From Chloroflexota bacterium (lineage in GTDB: Bacteria; Chloroflexota; UBA11872; VXOZ01), in NCBI GenBank assembly GCA_965221905.1, contig OZ244922.1, positions 2,208,001 through 2,272,000 of the forward strand: a DNA stretch of 64,000 nt, written 5' to 3'. Made by a program: the position numbers and the translations under genes. The notes below the pieces were generated by a model. It had not been told where the DNA came from, did no database searches, and was given only the letters and a program-made list of their open reading frames with translations. This document shows, piece after piece, positions 20,946 through 30,880 of this stretch. Each line of letters begins with the position of its first letter. Positions within the stretch are counted from its first letter, which is position 1.

Positions 20946-21836
20946 TCAGTTCTCCTCCGATCGGAAACGACGGATATTAACGAGCATGATCGGAACAATC
21001 GCGAGCAGAAGCACGATGGCAAGTGCGCTCGCTCGTCCAAAATGCCGGAAGTTGAACATCTGCTTAAACATCAGAGTCGCAACCACGTCGGTGTTGAAAT
21101 TCCCCCCGGTCATGATCCAAACCAGGTCGAACTGTTTGAGAGCAGTTATCGCGAGGGTAATGGCGACGACAGTGATCGCCGGGTAGAGCAGCGGCAAGAT
21201 TATGTAGCGAAAGGTTTGCCAGGCGGTGGCCCCATCGGTACGGGCGGCTTCGAGGATTTCCTCCGATACCCCTTTGAGGGCAGCCGAGAGAATGACCAAG
21301 GCAAACCCGGTCCACATCCATACGCCTGAGCCAATGATCGCAAAGTTGTTGATTTGGAACGGCTGCGGAAGGAAATCCGGTCCGCTATTAACCAGCCACG
21401 CATTCGGACTCCCGCCAAGCGAAACCGAAAGCGCGTTGATGGTGCCAATCTGCTCGAAGCCTGCGGGCTTGAACGCGTACATGAATCGCCAAATCACACC
21501 GGCAGCCACGAACGAAATCGCCATTGGGACGAAAATGGCCGCTTGCACGTACCGCTCATAGCGCACGGCATTGAGCAAAACCGCAATGATGAGGCCCAGT
21601 CCCACTGTGAGACCGGTAAACAGCACGAGCCAGAGCAAGTTATTGAGTATTGCTGATTGTGTGGTCGGCTGGGTCAGCACGTACGTATAGTTGCTTAACC
21701 CCTCGAACTGGGTCGAGTTGCCGTTCATGAAACTGAGGCGCAACGTGTCAAGCGTCGGGTAAACGAGAAAGATGCCGAGAATGATCAGAGCCGGGGAGAG
21801 CCACAACCAGGGAACGTACCACTTGCGGCCTACCAT
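20946..21836 (-). CDS. Carbohydrate ABC transporter permease (MalF-like)
   Basis: EAARTDGA loop; TM helices; AGGAG RBS. Confidence 0.93.
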   Translation of the reverse strand: MVGRKWYVPWLWLSPALIILGIFLVYPTLDTLRLSFMNGNSTQFEGLSNYTYVLTQPTTQSAILNNLLWLVLFTGLTVGLGLIIAVLLNAVRYERYVQAAIFVPMAISFVAAGVIWRFMYAFKPAGFEQIGTINALSVSLGGSPNAWLVNSGPDFLPQPFQINNFAIIGSGVWMWTGFALVILSAALKGVSEEILEAARTDGATAWQTFRYIILPLLYPAITVVAITLAITALKQFDLVWIMTGGNFNTDVVATLMFKQMFNFRHFGRASALAIVLLLAIVPIMLVNIRRFRSEEN

Positions 21837-21855
21837 AAGCAAAACTCCTTAGTAG

Positions 21856-21899
21856 AAGAAAAAGGGCAGTGGATGCTTAGACGCACCCACTGCCCTTTC
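21856..21899 (-). terminator. Intra-operon hairpin with U-tract after solute-binding gene
   Basis: Minus strand AAAGGGCAGTGG...CCACTGCCCTTTTTCTT. Confidence 0.7.
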
Positions 21900-21920
21900 C
21901 ATTGCCAAGCAGGTATGTAG

Positions 21921-23219
21921 TTAACCTGCCGTGTACGCCTCATTCGCAACGGCCTCGATCTGTGCCAGAATCGCATCGAGATTGTCTGGATTCTGGAGAT
22001 AGTCAAGCACGCCTTTCCAGAAAGCAGCTTGCACTTCAGCAGGCATCGAGTCGTCTGCATCAAAGCGATAGATGCTCGCGGTCGTCAACTGCGCGGCAGC
22101 CTGCGCTGCGAGCACATCCGGATAGGCATCGAGACTTACCTGACTGTTGACCGCCGTAAATCCGCCACGCTCTACCCATATCTGCTGCGCCTGTGCGCCT
22201 GCAAGGTGCTGCATCAGTGACCGCGCGGCCGGAGTGTCGCGCAGCATGACGATGACATCAGCCCCGCCCGTAACCGCACCGGCGTATGCCGGACTAATTG
22301 TCGGGAATGGGAAGAACGAGTAGTCTTCTCCCGCAACCTGGTCGGGGAACTGCTCGCTGATGAAGCCTTGGGTAAAGCTGCCAAGGTAGTACATGCCCGC
22401 TTGCGGTGGTGTTTGGAACGGCAAGTGCGAGCCATCGATGAAGTTTGTGGCGAGGACGGCCTGCGCTCCGCCGGGCACGTAGCCCTCCGTCAGCGCGATC
22501 TGACCGAACTTCTCGAATGCCGACTTGATCGCCGGGTCGGTCCAAGGAATCTCGTGTGCTACCCATTGGTCGTAGGCTTCCGGCCCTGATTCGTGCAGGA
22601 GAATCTCGCCGATCCAGTCAGTGCCGGGCCAGCCGCTGGCGCCGCCGCTCTCTACCCCAACCGACCAGGGCGCGAGCCCCGCCGCCTTCATCTGGTCAGA
22701 GAGGGCAATCATCTCTTCCCACGTCGTCGGTACGCTCCAACCGTTTTCGGCAAAGACTTTGGGGCTATACCAAATCGTGCCTTTGTTGGCCGCTTTGAAG
22801 AAAATTGCATACAGTTGGCCGTCCACGGTGCCCAGGTCTACCCACCCTTGCGAGTATTCCGCTGCCATCATGTCCGCATCCAGCACCGAGTCGAGCGGTA
22901 CCAGTCTTCCTTCACGGGCGAGCGCGTGCATGAGACCGGGATTAGGCAAGATCGCAATGTCCGGCGGGTTCCCGGCTTCCAGCCTGCTCGTGAGTACCGC
23001 GTTCAGGTCGCGGGTGCCGGAAAATCCCATAACATATCCGGTTTCCGCTTCCCAAGGAGCAACTGCGGCTTGGAAGTTGGTAAGCTCGTCACCACCCCAC
23101 ACCCCAAGCACATTCACTTGTTTCGACTCTTCCGCCGGCGCCACCCCGCAGTTTGCGAGGATCAATGCAAAGAGCACGAAAAGTGAGAGAACACGCAGGC
23201 GCAACTTCGTGCGTCTCAT
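21921..23219 (-). CDS. Carbohydrate ABC transporter substrate-binding lipoprotein (AglE/alpha-glucoside-like)
   Basis: Signal peptide with lipobox LANC; GNPPDIAILPNPG, GWPGTDW, FDADDSMP. Confidence 0.9.
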   Translation of the reverse strand: MRRTKLRLRVLSLFVLFALILANCGVAPAEESKQVNVLGVWGGDELTNFQAAVAPWEAETGYVMGFSGTRDLNAVLTSRLEAGNPPDIAILPNPGLMHALAREGRLVPLDSVLDADMMAAEYSQGWVDLGTVDGQLYAIFFKAANKGTIWYSPKVFAENGWSVPTTWEEMIALSDQMKAAGLAPWSVGVESGGASGWPGTDWIGEILLHESGPEAYDQWVAHEIPWTDPAIKSAFEKFGQIALTEGYVPGGAQAVLATNFIDGSHLPFQTPPQAGMYYLGSFTQGFISEQFPDQVAGEDYSFFPFPTISPAYAGAVTGGADVIVMLRDTPAARSLMQHLAGAQAQQIWVERGGFTAVNSQVSLDAYPDVLAAQAAAQLTTASIYRFDADDSMPAEVQAAFWKGVLDYLQNPDNLDAILAQIEAVANEAYTAG

Positions 23220-23332
23220 GATGAAGTCCTTCCTTTTTGCTACTTCTAACCTGAATTCATACCGCTTGCCGCAGACCCAATTCCAGCATCATTCTGGATC
23301 TGTCCTACAGCCTGCAGCGCAAGTCGGGACGT

Positions 23333-23384
23333 ATTATAGCACACTAATAAAGTGAATGACAAGTACCATAAACCGTACATTCAC
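23333..23384 (-). promoter_or_regulatory. Sigma70-type promoter of the sugar ABC operon with overlapping inverted repeat
   Basis: Minus strand TTGTCA-N18-TATAAT with extended TG; GTGAATG-N19-CATTCAC at 23352-23384 overlaps the -35. Confidence 0.65.
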
Positions 23385-23505
23385 AATTCGTCCCGGCTAC
23401 CGCAGACTGTGCGCGAGCTCCCAGAGGGTATTCCCCGCACCAAATTATCCCGTTCCGTTCTGTACCAACGCCAAGGCTATAGCACAGCGCAATCCGGGAA
23501 ACTAA

Positions 23506-24261
23506 TCACGGCATGAGGATGCCGCCGTCCACGTTCAAGACCTGTCCTGTCATGTATGCACTTTGGTCTGAGCAGAGAAAGGCCGCCGCCTGCGCGATAT
23601 CGTCGACCGAGCCGATGCGGTCTAGGGGGATGTGCGGCATGATCTTTTGTTTCCAGGATTCCGGCAAGGGTGTCGGCTTGGAATCGATCATCCCAGGCGC
23701 AATGCAGTTCACGCGGACATGCGGCGCCCACTCGATCGCCAAGCGCTTTGTCAGCATTACCAAGCCGGCCTTGGCGGTTGCGTAATGTGCGCCGGTAGCA
23801 TAGGCCGGATGCGGGGAGATGCCGCCCCCCGAGGCAACGTTAAGCATTACGCCGCCCTGCTGCGCCAACATCACGCGCGCGGCTGCCTGGCAGAGCAGAA
23901 AAGGGCCTTGGAGATTGATCATATGAACCCGCTGCCACTCCTTGGGTGATATCTCCAAGGCGGGTTTACTGCTGAAAACCCCCGCGTTGTTGACCAGAAT
24001 GTCTACGGTGCCATAGGCCTCAACCGCCGCCGATACGATCTCGTGCGCAGCCGATAATTCTTGCAGGTCAGCCTGTATAGTCGTTACGCGCACTCCATGG
24101 GCTTCAATCTCGCGGCATGCGGCATCGACGTACTGTTCCGACGTATTGTAATGCAGCACGATGTGCGCGCCGCTCTGAGCTAGAGCTAGGGCAATGCCCT
24201 TGCCTATACCGCGCGCCGCGCCGGTGACAATCGCCACTTTGCCTACTAAGGGCTGCGCCAT
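23506..24261 (-). CDS. SDR family oxidoreductase (FabG-like)
   Basis: TGAARGIG, NNAG, YATAK, NVDGG. Confidence 0.93.
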   Translation of the reverse strand: MAQPLVGKVAIVTGAARGIGKGIALALAQSGAHIVLHYNTSEQYVDAACREIEAHGVRVTTIQADLQELSAAHEIVSAAVEAYGTVDILVNNAGVFSSKPALEISPKEWQRVHMINLQGPFLLCQAAARVMLAQQGGVMLNVASGGGISPHPAYATGAHYATAKAGLVMLTKRLAIEWAPHVRVNCIAPGMIDSKPTPLPESWKQKIMPHIPLDRIGSVDDIAQAAAFLCSDQSAYMTGQVLNVDGGILMP

Positions 24262-24362
24262 GACTGCAATATCCCCCTACCCTCGTACTTGCCGGACTTC
24301 CCGCCCATGACTTCTGCTAATCTAGACTTTACTATCTGTTCCACATCAAAGGAGATCATCTT

Positions 24363-25154
24363 GTGCTTCTTGCTGTATCGGAAAACATGATACCTGGCGC
24401 AGGCTACGGCGAGAAACTCCGTTTTCTGCGCGAACACGGCTACGACGGCATCGAGCTCTTCCCTGACATCGCGGGTCAAGATACAGCCGCCCTCAAGCAA
24501 GCCATGGCAGAAACGGGCATTGTTGCACCCAGCATGCGCGGTCGGACGCGAGACCTGCTTTCCGCAGACCCAACCGAACGCCAAGTGCAGATTGAGCAGC
24601 TTAAGGGCGTCTGTGGACTAGCCGAGGAACTGGGTGTTAGCGCAGTGGTGATAGTTCCGGTGTTTGGCGGCCCGAGATTGCCGAATCTGACGCCATGGCG
24701 GTCCGTCATCGAACTGGAAGAGGCAATGTTGGATACAATTCTCCCTGAGATCGGCAAGAATGCGGCGAATCACGGCGTGACGTTGGTAATGGAACCACTC
24801 AATCGCTATGAGACCCACTTTCTCAATACGCTGGCGCACGGCGCGGCAATTTGCCGGCGTGTGGGCCACCCGCAGGTTCGGGTCATGGCAGACTTCTTTC
24901 ATATGCACATTGAGGAGGCAGACATTGCCGCCAGTCTTGCGGAAAATCTGGCATACGTCTGTCACGTGCACCTAGCTGATAACAATCGCGACCTTCCCGG
25001 GTGCGGCCACACGGACTTTGCGCCCGCGTTCCGTGTGCTCAAGCAAGCAGGCTTCAGCGGCGCCTTCGCCTTAGAATGCCCGCGCAGGGGTTCGCCGGAA
25101 TTCGGTTTCAAGGAGAGCGCCGCCTACGTGCGCGGAATCTGGCAAGCGGTCTAG
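24363..25154 (+). CDS. Sugar phosphate isomerase/epimerase (psicose/tagatose 3-epimerase-like TIM barrel)
   Basis: EPLNRYE, DFFHM, HVHLAD..R..PG.GH.DF; AAGGAG RBS. Confidence 0.9.
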   Translation: MLLAVSENMIPGAGYGEKLRFLREHGYDGIELFPDIAGQDTAALKQAMAETGIVAPSMRGRTRDLLSADPTERQVQIEQLKGVCGLAEELGVSAVVIVPVFGGPRLPNLTPWRSVIELEEAMLDTILPEIGKNAANHGVTLVMEPLNRYETHFLNTLAHGAAICRRVGHPQVRVMADFFHMHIEEADIAASLAENLAYVCHVHLADNNRDLPGCGHTDFAPAFRVLKQAGFSGAFALECPRRGSPEFGFKESAAYVRGIWQAV

Positions 25155-25204
25155 CTGACGTTGCAACAAAGAGCCTGCGGAACCGTGTTCAGGCCCCGTG
25201 CCGC

Positions 25205-26926
25205 TCAATTTTCTTCCTCCGATATGAGCGAGAATGCTACCGGAGCAATCGCCAGCGTTACGACATTACGCACGTGCAATGTGCGTGCGTCAAGCACGAG
25301 AATGGCGTTTGCATGGGGTGCTAGAGCGTATAGGATTTCGCGTGCCGGATCGAGAGCCATTTGGGTAATGCCGCCTGCTTGCCACAATTGACGCTCCACA
25401 CTGCCGTCGGATGTATTGATCATTGTCAGCTCAGATGCCTCAATCCCGGAATCTCCGTCCGAAGAATCCTTGGTATCCGAGGCACTGCTCTTGATGTCCG
25501 GGCTCGCAGAAGAACTCTCTTCGCTGGCCACGACTGTAACCGGTCCGCTATCGATACCCAGGTAGAGAGCAGTTCCGTCAGCATTGAGCGCCCCACTTGT
25601 CGCGCGCGCCGCCGGTGATGTAGCGAGGAGGATAGTCTGTCCGGCCTTCAAGCCAACGCGCCACACTTCTTCAGTATCCGGTGTGGTCACGAAAGCCACT
25701 TCACCGCTTTCTGTGGGCACGACCGCGCCAAGTTTCAGGTTTGCCTCGACTATCATGGTTTCACCGGCAGATTGAGATTCCAATTCCACTCTCACCATCT
25801 CCGTACGGTCAACGGCCACGGCGAGCAGTGATCCCTCGTTGAGCGGCACGAGGCTCTCAGCGGGCCATGGCAGAGCAATCTCCGCCGCTGTTTCGCCATT
25901 TTCGTCTATCACCAAGAGCAGAGGATTCGTCTGTGACCCCACCACTATGTATCGGCCCACCACGGCCAGACTGCTCCAATCTTGCGCAGGCAATTGAAAG
26001 AGCCGACCCACCTGTCGCGACTCTGCGTCTACCGTGAGCAGTCCGTCCTCCTGCAAGATGTAGAGTGTCTTGCCGTCGGAAGAGAGTTCAAGGGCGCGAG
26101 GATCGCTGCCAACTCCAATGATGCTTGACGGCCTGAGGTCCTTGGCGTTGAATGCGGCAAGGGCGCCGGAATCGGCAACACCAAGCACGACTATAGTCTT
26201 CGGCTGAGCCCCCGCTTCCTCCGGCGCAGCCTCCGCTTCCTCTTCGTCGCGCAGCAGCGAGAAGGCAACGGAAGCGACGAGAGCAAGCACTACCAGCCCT
26301 ATCCCGGCCTGCATGACACGAGTGCGCATTGTGGTGTCGCCGGTGCCGAGCGCAGCGGCGACTTCAGATCTAAGGGTCGCGCCGGGGCGGGGCGCGATAA
26401 GCTGGCGCATAGCGCGTTCGATAACGGCGCGGTCCGCCTCAGGATCCGGCGCGCTGAAAGCAATGCGCGCGCGTTCCAGCAAGGACTCCACGCGATCGAG
26501 AGAGACTCCTAGCGCTTCGGCAGTTTGGCTCTGCGGCATGCCTTCTGCAAGGGTTAGCAGCCAGACGATGCGCAATCGGGGCGGCAAGGGGATGACCGCG
26601 GCGCGCCACACGGTTGACCGATCCTCGATTTCTACCGGGCCGGGCGTGCGCCGGGAGAGCATATGCCACCGCGTATGGGAGATGAATGTCCGTACCGCCA
26701 TGCGGTAGAACCAGGTATCCAGCACCAAGTTGCGCGGCCGCTTGCGGAACGATCGAAAAGCGTAACGAAAGGTTGCAATGACGAGTGCGCGCGACTCACT
26801 CTCGTTCCCCGTAAGCCAGAAGAAGAGCCGGTAGAGTATTGGGCCAAACTGATCGTAAAGCCCAAGAAAGGCATCCCGGTCGCCTCTTTCGGCTGCCGCG
26901 AGAATCCGTCCCCGATTAGCAAGCAT
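25205..26926 (-). CDS. ECF-type sigma factor fused to TM helix and YncE-like beta-propeller
   Basis: Sigma2-like GDRDAFLGLYDQF..LYR..TWFYRMA; sigma4-like LPPRLRIVWLL...AEALGVSLDRVESLLERAR; TM helix; propeller repeats (LSSDGKTLYI, LNADGTALYL, LDPAREILYA). Confidence 0.8.
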   Translation of the reverse strand: MLANRGRILAAAERGDRDAFLGLYDQFGPILYRLFFWLTGNESESRALVIATFRYAFRSFRKRPRNLVLDTWFYRMAVRTFISHTRWHMLSRRTPGPVEIEDRSTVWRAAVIPLPPRLRIVWLLTLAEGMPQSQTAEALGVSLDRVESLLERARIAFSAPDPEADRAVIERAMRQLIAPRPGATLRSEVAAALGTGDTTMRTRVMQAGIGLVVLALVASVAFSLLRDEEEAEAAPEEAGAQPKTIVVLGVADSGALAAFNAKDLRPSSIIGVGSDPRALELSSDGKTLYILQEDGLLTVDAESRQVGRLFQLPAQDWSSLAVVGRYIVVGSQTNPLLLVIDENGETAAEIALPWPAESLVPLNEGSLLAVAVDRTEMVRVELESQSAGETMIVEANLKLGAVVPTESGEVAFVTTPDTEEVWRVGLKAGQTILLATSPAARATSGALNADGTALYLGIDSGPVTVVASEESSSASPDIKSSASDTKDSSDGDSGIEASELTMINTSDGSVERQLWQAGGITQMALDPAREILYALAPHANAILVLDARTLHVRNVVTLAIAPVAFSLISEEEN

Positions 26927-27096
26927 CTCTTTCTATCACCCAACCTCTTTCTCGGCTTCGTGCCTGCATAGTAGCACATAGCATACGCGATCTTGAGCAC
27001 TTGCAGTGCTCTCGCGCCACTAGGATGGACGATGGTTCTATAGAGACGTTCTGTGCGATTGCAGGAACTCGTCGAAAGATGTACCGTGGGTATGTT

Positions 27097-27153
27097 CGGC
27101 GATGTCTGCGCCGGATGGCGAAGTCTGCGCCGGACGGCGATGTCTGCGCCGGA
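27097..27153. repeat. Tandem repeat, 3 x 19 bp (YGGCGAWGTCTGCGCCGGA)
   Basis: Units at 27097, 27116, 27135. Confidence 0.92.
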
Positions 27154-27351
27154 GCCTTCAAGGGCCCCCTCCCGCCCGAGTACGAGGCTACTTGCCGCTG
27201 AATGCTGTGTGGACCCAGGAGAGTATGGAGTCCCTTTGGCATGAGCGTTATGTAAACCAGAGAAACAGCGGGGCTTCGCAGCAGGATTGTCTTAGCCAAT
27301 ACGTGCGTGCTGCATGCACGGCAATTGTGAGAACGCACGCAAGGACCCTAC

Positions 27352-28671
27352 GTGGCAATCGGAAAAAAGAAACCATTTTCCCATAGCAGCATCCGTGTTG
27401 CCGGTCGGATGTTTGATTCGCTGCGAGTCCAAACCTTCCGCGATCTCTGGATCGGCATGCTCGCTTCGTACATCGGCATGTACATGGGCATGGTGTCTCG
27501 AGGCTACCTTGCCTATGAGATAACAGGCTCTGCCACAGTGCTCGGCATTGTCACGGTGGCGTCGGGAATCCCAATGCTGCTGCTCTCCCCCGTGGGAGGC
27601 GTGCTGGCCGACATCATGAATCGCCGCCTCATTCTCATTCACAGCCAGGTCTTCATGGTGGTGTCCTCCTTGCTCATTGCCGCCCTCATTCACTTTGACC
27701 TGATCGAGATTTGGCACCTTGCCTTCTTCGGGCTGCTGCAAGGAATCCTTTTCACCATCAACATGCCCGCGCGCTCTTCCGCGCTCCCTCATTTGGTCGG
27801 AAGACCGTTGCTTGCCAGCGCAATCGGCCTGACAAACTCCGGACGCAACCTGATGTCAGTGATTGCCCCCGCAATTGCCGGGACCGTCATAGCGATCCCG
27901 TGGTTGGGCACGGCTGGGGCTTTCGACATCTCTGCGGCCTTCTACGTAGGCGCGACGCTGCTCATGCTGCGCCTGCCTGAGAGCTTGGCGGAAAGCCGCA
28001 ATCACACTCAGGTTGCGTTCGGCCAGCAGATGATTGACGGCTTCAGCTACATATTCCTGCAACGACCGCTGCTCATCCTGATCGTGCTCGGACTCATCCC
28101 CATTGTATTTGGCATGCCTCTGCAATCCTTCCTGCCGGTCTTCCAAGCGGATGTGCTTCGCGTTGGCGCGGTTGAGCTCGGATTACTCTATTCGGCAGTG
28201 GGCGTTGGCGGCACGCTCGGATCGCTCATCATAGCGCCGCTTGCAGAAAGTAAGCACAGCCACATTTTGCAACTTGTAATGGGTGTGTTTTTCGGTCTCA
28301 CGCTGATCGCGTTCGCCTACAGCACCTCTTTCACCCTGAGCATGTTCTGCATTGGTCTGGTCGGCTTTGCGGGAAATGCATGTACCGGTTTCAACAGTGC
28401 TTTACTGATGCTGCGCACGGAAGAGGCGTACTTTGGGCGTGTGATGAGCATCTACATGATGAATTGGTCGCTTATGACGCTCTTCACCCTGCCTCTTGGT
28501 ATGCTCGTGGACAAATGGGGCGCGCCACTGGTGACCAGCACCGCTGCTATGGGTATTGTCATCTTTATGGGCGCTGCGTTCATCTTCTTCCGCGATATTC
28601 GCGAAGGCGAGCACCACAGAGATGAATTGAGCGTCGAAACCGGGACTGCGGCTGCCGAGAAAGGCGCCTAA
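27352..28671 (+). CDS. MFS transporter (MFS_3/EntS-like)
   Basis: About 12 TM helices, GGVLADIMNRR motif A, GRVMS. Confidence 0.92.
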   Translation: MAIGKKKPFSHSSIRVAGRMFDSLRVQTFRDLWIGMLASYIGMYMGMVSRGYLAYEITGSATVLGIVTVASGIPMLLLSPVGGVLADIMNRRLILIHSQVFMVVSSLLIAALIHFDLIEIWHLAFFGLLQGILFTINMPARSSALPHLVGRPLLASAIGLTNSGRNLMSVIAPAIAGTVIAIPWLGTAGAFDISAAFYVGATLLMLRLPESLAESRNHTQVAFGQQMIDGFSYIFLQRPLLILIVLGLIPIVFGMPLQSFLPVFQADVLRVGAVELGLLYSAVGVGGTLGSLIIAPLAESKHSHILQLVMGVFFGLTLIAFAYSTSFTLSMFCIGLVGFAGNACTGFNSALLMLRTEEAYFGRVMSIYMMNWSLMTLFTLPLGMLVDKWGAPLVTSTAAMGIVIFMGAAFIFFRDIREGEHHRDELSVETGTAAAEKGA

Positions 28672-28722
28672 GTGCGGGTGTTCCGAATACTGGCACGCGC
28701 AGGATAGGCCGAGGATTGGTTC

Positions 28723-29484
28723 ATGGTTGCATTACGGGACGAGATAGTCCGTTTTCTGGATGAGTACCTCGACGTGCAGGGGATTCGAGATTACGGCCCC
28801 ATGGGGATGCAAGTAATCGGCAAAGCGGAGGTTGAACGTGTCTCCCTGGCCGTAAGCGCCTCACGTGCCTGCTTTGCGCAAGCCGCAGCCCAGCAGGCCG
28901 ATATGCTCATTGTCCACCACGGTCTGCTGTGGGATAAGGAGAGTCGCGTCATCGGCAAAGTGATGCGGGATCGCTTAGAGCTGTTGTTTCGCCATGACAT
29001 GAGCCTCTTAGGCTATCATCTTTGTCTCGACAAGCACACGGAGATCGGCAACAACGTGCTCGCACTCCGTGCCTTGGGCGCAACACCGATTGAGTTCGAC
29101 TCGCCGCTTGGTGGAGTGGGATACGTGGGAGAGTTTTCGGAACCTGTGGCATGGTCGGAACTTGCAGAGCGAGTGCGGAGCACCTTTGGCGGCGAACCCT
29201 ATCTCTTTCCGCATGGGCCGCCACGTACGTCACGGCTGGGGTTGGTAACCGGCGGCGCCGGGCATGCCTCCCATGTCATGGAAGCGGCGGAACGCGGATG
29301 TAATAGTTACCTCACCGGGAACCTCAGCGAGCCGGCACCGGCAGTGGCCGCTGAGCTCGGCATAAACCTGATCGGCGCCGGTCACTACAACACCGAAAGG
29401 CTCGGCGTCCAGGCTGTCGGCCGCTTGCTGGAAGAGAATTTTGGGGTGAGTGCAGTTTTCATTGACGTGCCCAATCCGCTCTAG
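28723..29484 (+). CDS. Nif3-like dinuclear metal centre protein (YbgI/GTP cyclohydrolase 1 type 2 family)
   Basis: VHHG, YHLCLD, GHYNTE. Confidence 0.92.
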   Translation: MVALRDEIVRFLDEYLDVQGIRDYGPMGMQVIGKAEVERVSLAVSASRACFAQAAAQQADMLIVHHGLLWDKESRVIGKVMRDRLELLFRHDMSLLGYHLCLDKHTEIGNNVLALRALGATPIEFDSPLGGVGYVGEFSEPVAWSELAERVRSTFGGEPYLFPHGPPRTSRLGLVTGGAGHASHVMEAAERGCNSYLTGNLSEPAPAVAAELGINLIGAGHYNTERLGVQAVGRLLEENFGVSAVFIDVPNPL

Positions 29485-29654
29485 GCCTCATCTGCCGCAA
29501 CAGGCAAGAGTTTCTCCCGGGTGGACACTCCTAACTCCGATTGCGCCAAGAGACCTGCCTAAGTTCGACTCTCTTGCGGTTTAGACCGGCTGGAGCCTGA
29601 ACCGGGACCAGCACAGTTTACTTTGGCCCTGAGAATCGTTTGCTTGCAACGGGG

Positions 29655-30740
29655 TTACGACATAAGCAGGCATTCCGCAGCCGACGCGGCGGCTTCTATC
29701 TCAGACCTGTCAGGCTCCTCGCCGCGGTCCGGGCGAAAGCGTACAACAGCGCTTGCCGCGCCATAGGGTCCATAGCACTCAGGAGAAGTGGGGCCAAACA
29801 GTCCGATGACCGGCGTATCCACGGCTGCGGCAAGGTGCATCGGGGCCGAATCATTCCCAATGAACAGGCTGCAATGCTGTATGAGCGCGCCAAGCTGAGC
29901 GAACGACAGCTTTCCCGCCACGTCAATAACCGACGCGTTTGCACTGCCCTGGATTGCTCTGGTGATCGGCATGTCGTCAGGCCCCCCAACGAGGAGAATG
30001 CCGGCGCCATGCGTGTGCGCCAGCTTTTCCGCGAGCGCTGCAAAGGACTTGCTCGGCCAGCGCTTGCTCACCCGATCTTCCCCCGGATTCTTGCCGCCGC
30101 CAGGATGTATCGCAATCAATGGGCGCGTGTTGAGCAAATTGTGCTCCGCCAGCAGTTGCCGCGCTATCTCAATTTCCGCAGCTTGGGGCCGAAAGTGCAA
30201 GCGCGGCTCTTTTGCGTCAAAGCCAACTGCCCGCAACACATCCAGGTAGATTTCGGCTTCATGGCGATCGGCCGGACAAGCCACACCCACGTGCAACGCA
30301 ATCCCGCGGTGGGAGCTATTCAGGCCGGCTCGCCAGGGTATGCCCGCCAAGCGCGGCAGCAACGCCATCAGTGGCGATCGGTCCAACACAAAACAGTGAG
30401 AAAAGTTCTCTTTCCGCAAACGCGCCATACACCTGCTATACGCACCAAGTCCGTAGCGCCCGGGAAAGCCGACACTGCCGGAATCTAGGACACGGTCGCA
30501 ATGGGGGTTTTCTGCCAACGCTTCTTTGGCCCACGTTGTCACCAGCACAGTGATCCGTGCATGCGGGAGGCTGGCGCGCAAAGAAGCAAGAAAAGCCGTG
30601 CTCATCAGCACGTCGCCCAAACTAGCGGGCTTGATCACCAGCACATTCGCGCGATCGGAAGATTGAGGCGGCGCCGTGGGCGCAGTACGCAGGAGCGCGT
30701 GCAAGAAACGGGAGGATTGCTCAATGACGTACGGGTTCAC
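29655..30740 (-). CDS. Glycosyltransferase family 9 (heptosyltransferase-like)
   Basis: LGDVLM, IHPGG...KRWP, GNDSAPMHLAAA..TP.IGLFGPT. Confidence 0.92.
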   Translation of the reverse strand: MNPYVIEQSSRFLHALLRTAPTAPPQSSDRANVLVIKPASLGDVLMSTAFLASLRASLPHARITVLVTTWAKEALAENPHCDRVLDSGSVGFPGRYGLGAYSRCMARLRKENFSHCFVLDRSPLMALLPRLAGIPWRAGLNSSHRGIALHVGVACPADRHEAEIYLDVLRAVGFDAKEPRLHFRPQAAEIEIARQLLAEHNLLNTRPLIAIHPGGGKNPGEDRVSKRWPSKSFAALAEKLAHTHGAGILLVGGPDDMPITRAIQGSANASVIDVAGKLSFAQLGALIQHCSLFIGNDSAPMHLAAAVDTPVIGLFGPTSPECYGPYGAASAVVRFRPDRGEEPDRSEIEAAASAAECLLMS

Positions 30741-30880
30741 AGGATACTGCTACCGGGCCCCAAGCCATGGTGTGCGTCGTTCGCAGAGGTATCGCGTTAA
30801 TTCTAAACGGATGCGGTTCGCAGCGTCTATCCGCCCCAAGAGTCTGCTCAGGTTGCGACTCGGTACGACTAGCCCTTAGC

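Noticed and set aside
29540-29585. tRNA-like GTTCGA motif (also GGTCGAATCC near 42119)
   Set aside because: No T-stem pairing or cloverleaf.
29640-30488. 282-aa plus-strand ORF
   Set aside because: Antisense to the well-supported GT9 gene; Arg-rich with no motifs.
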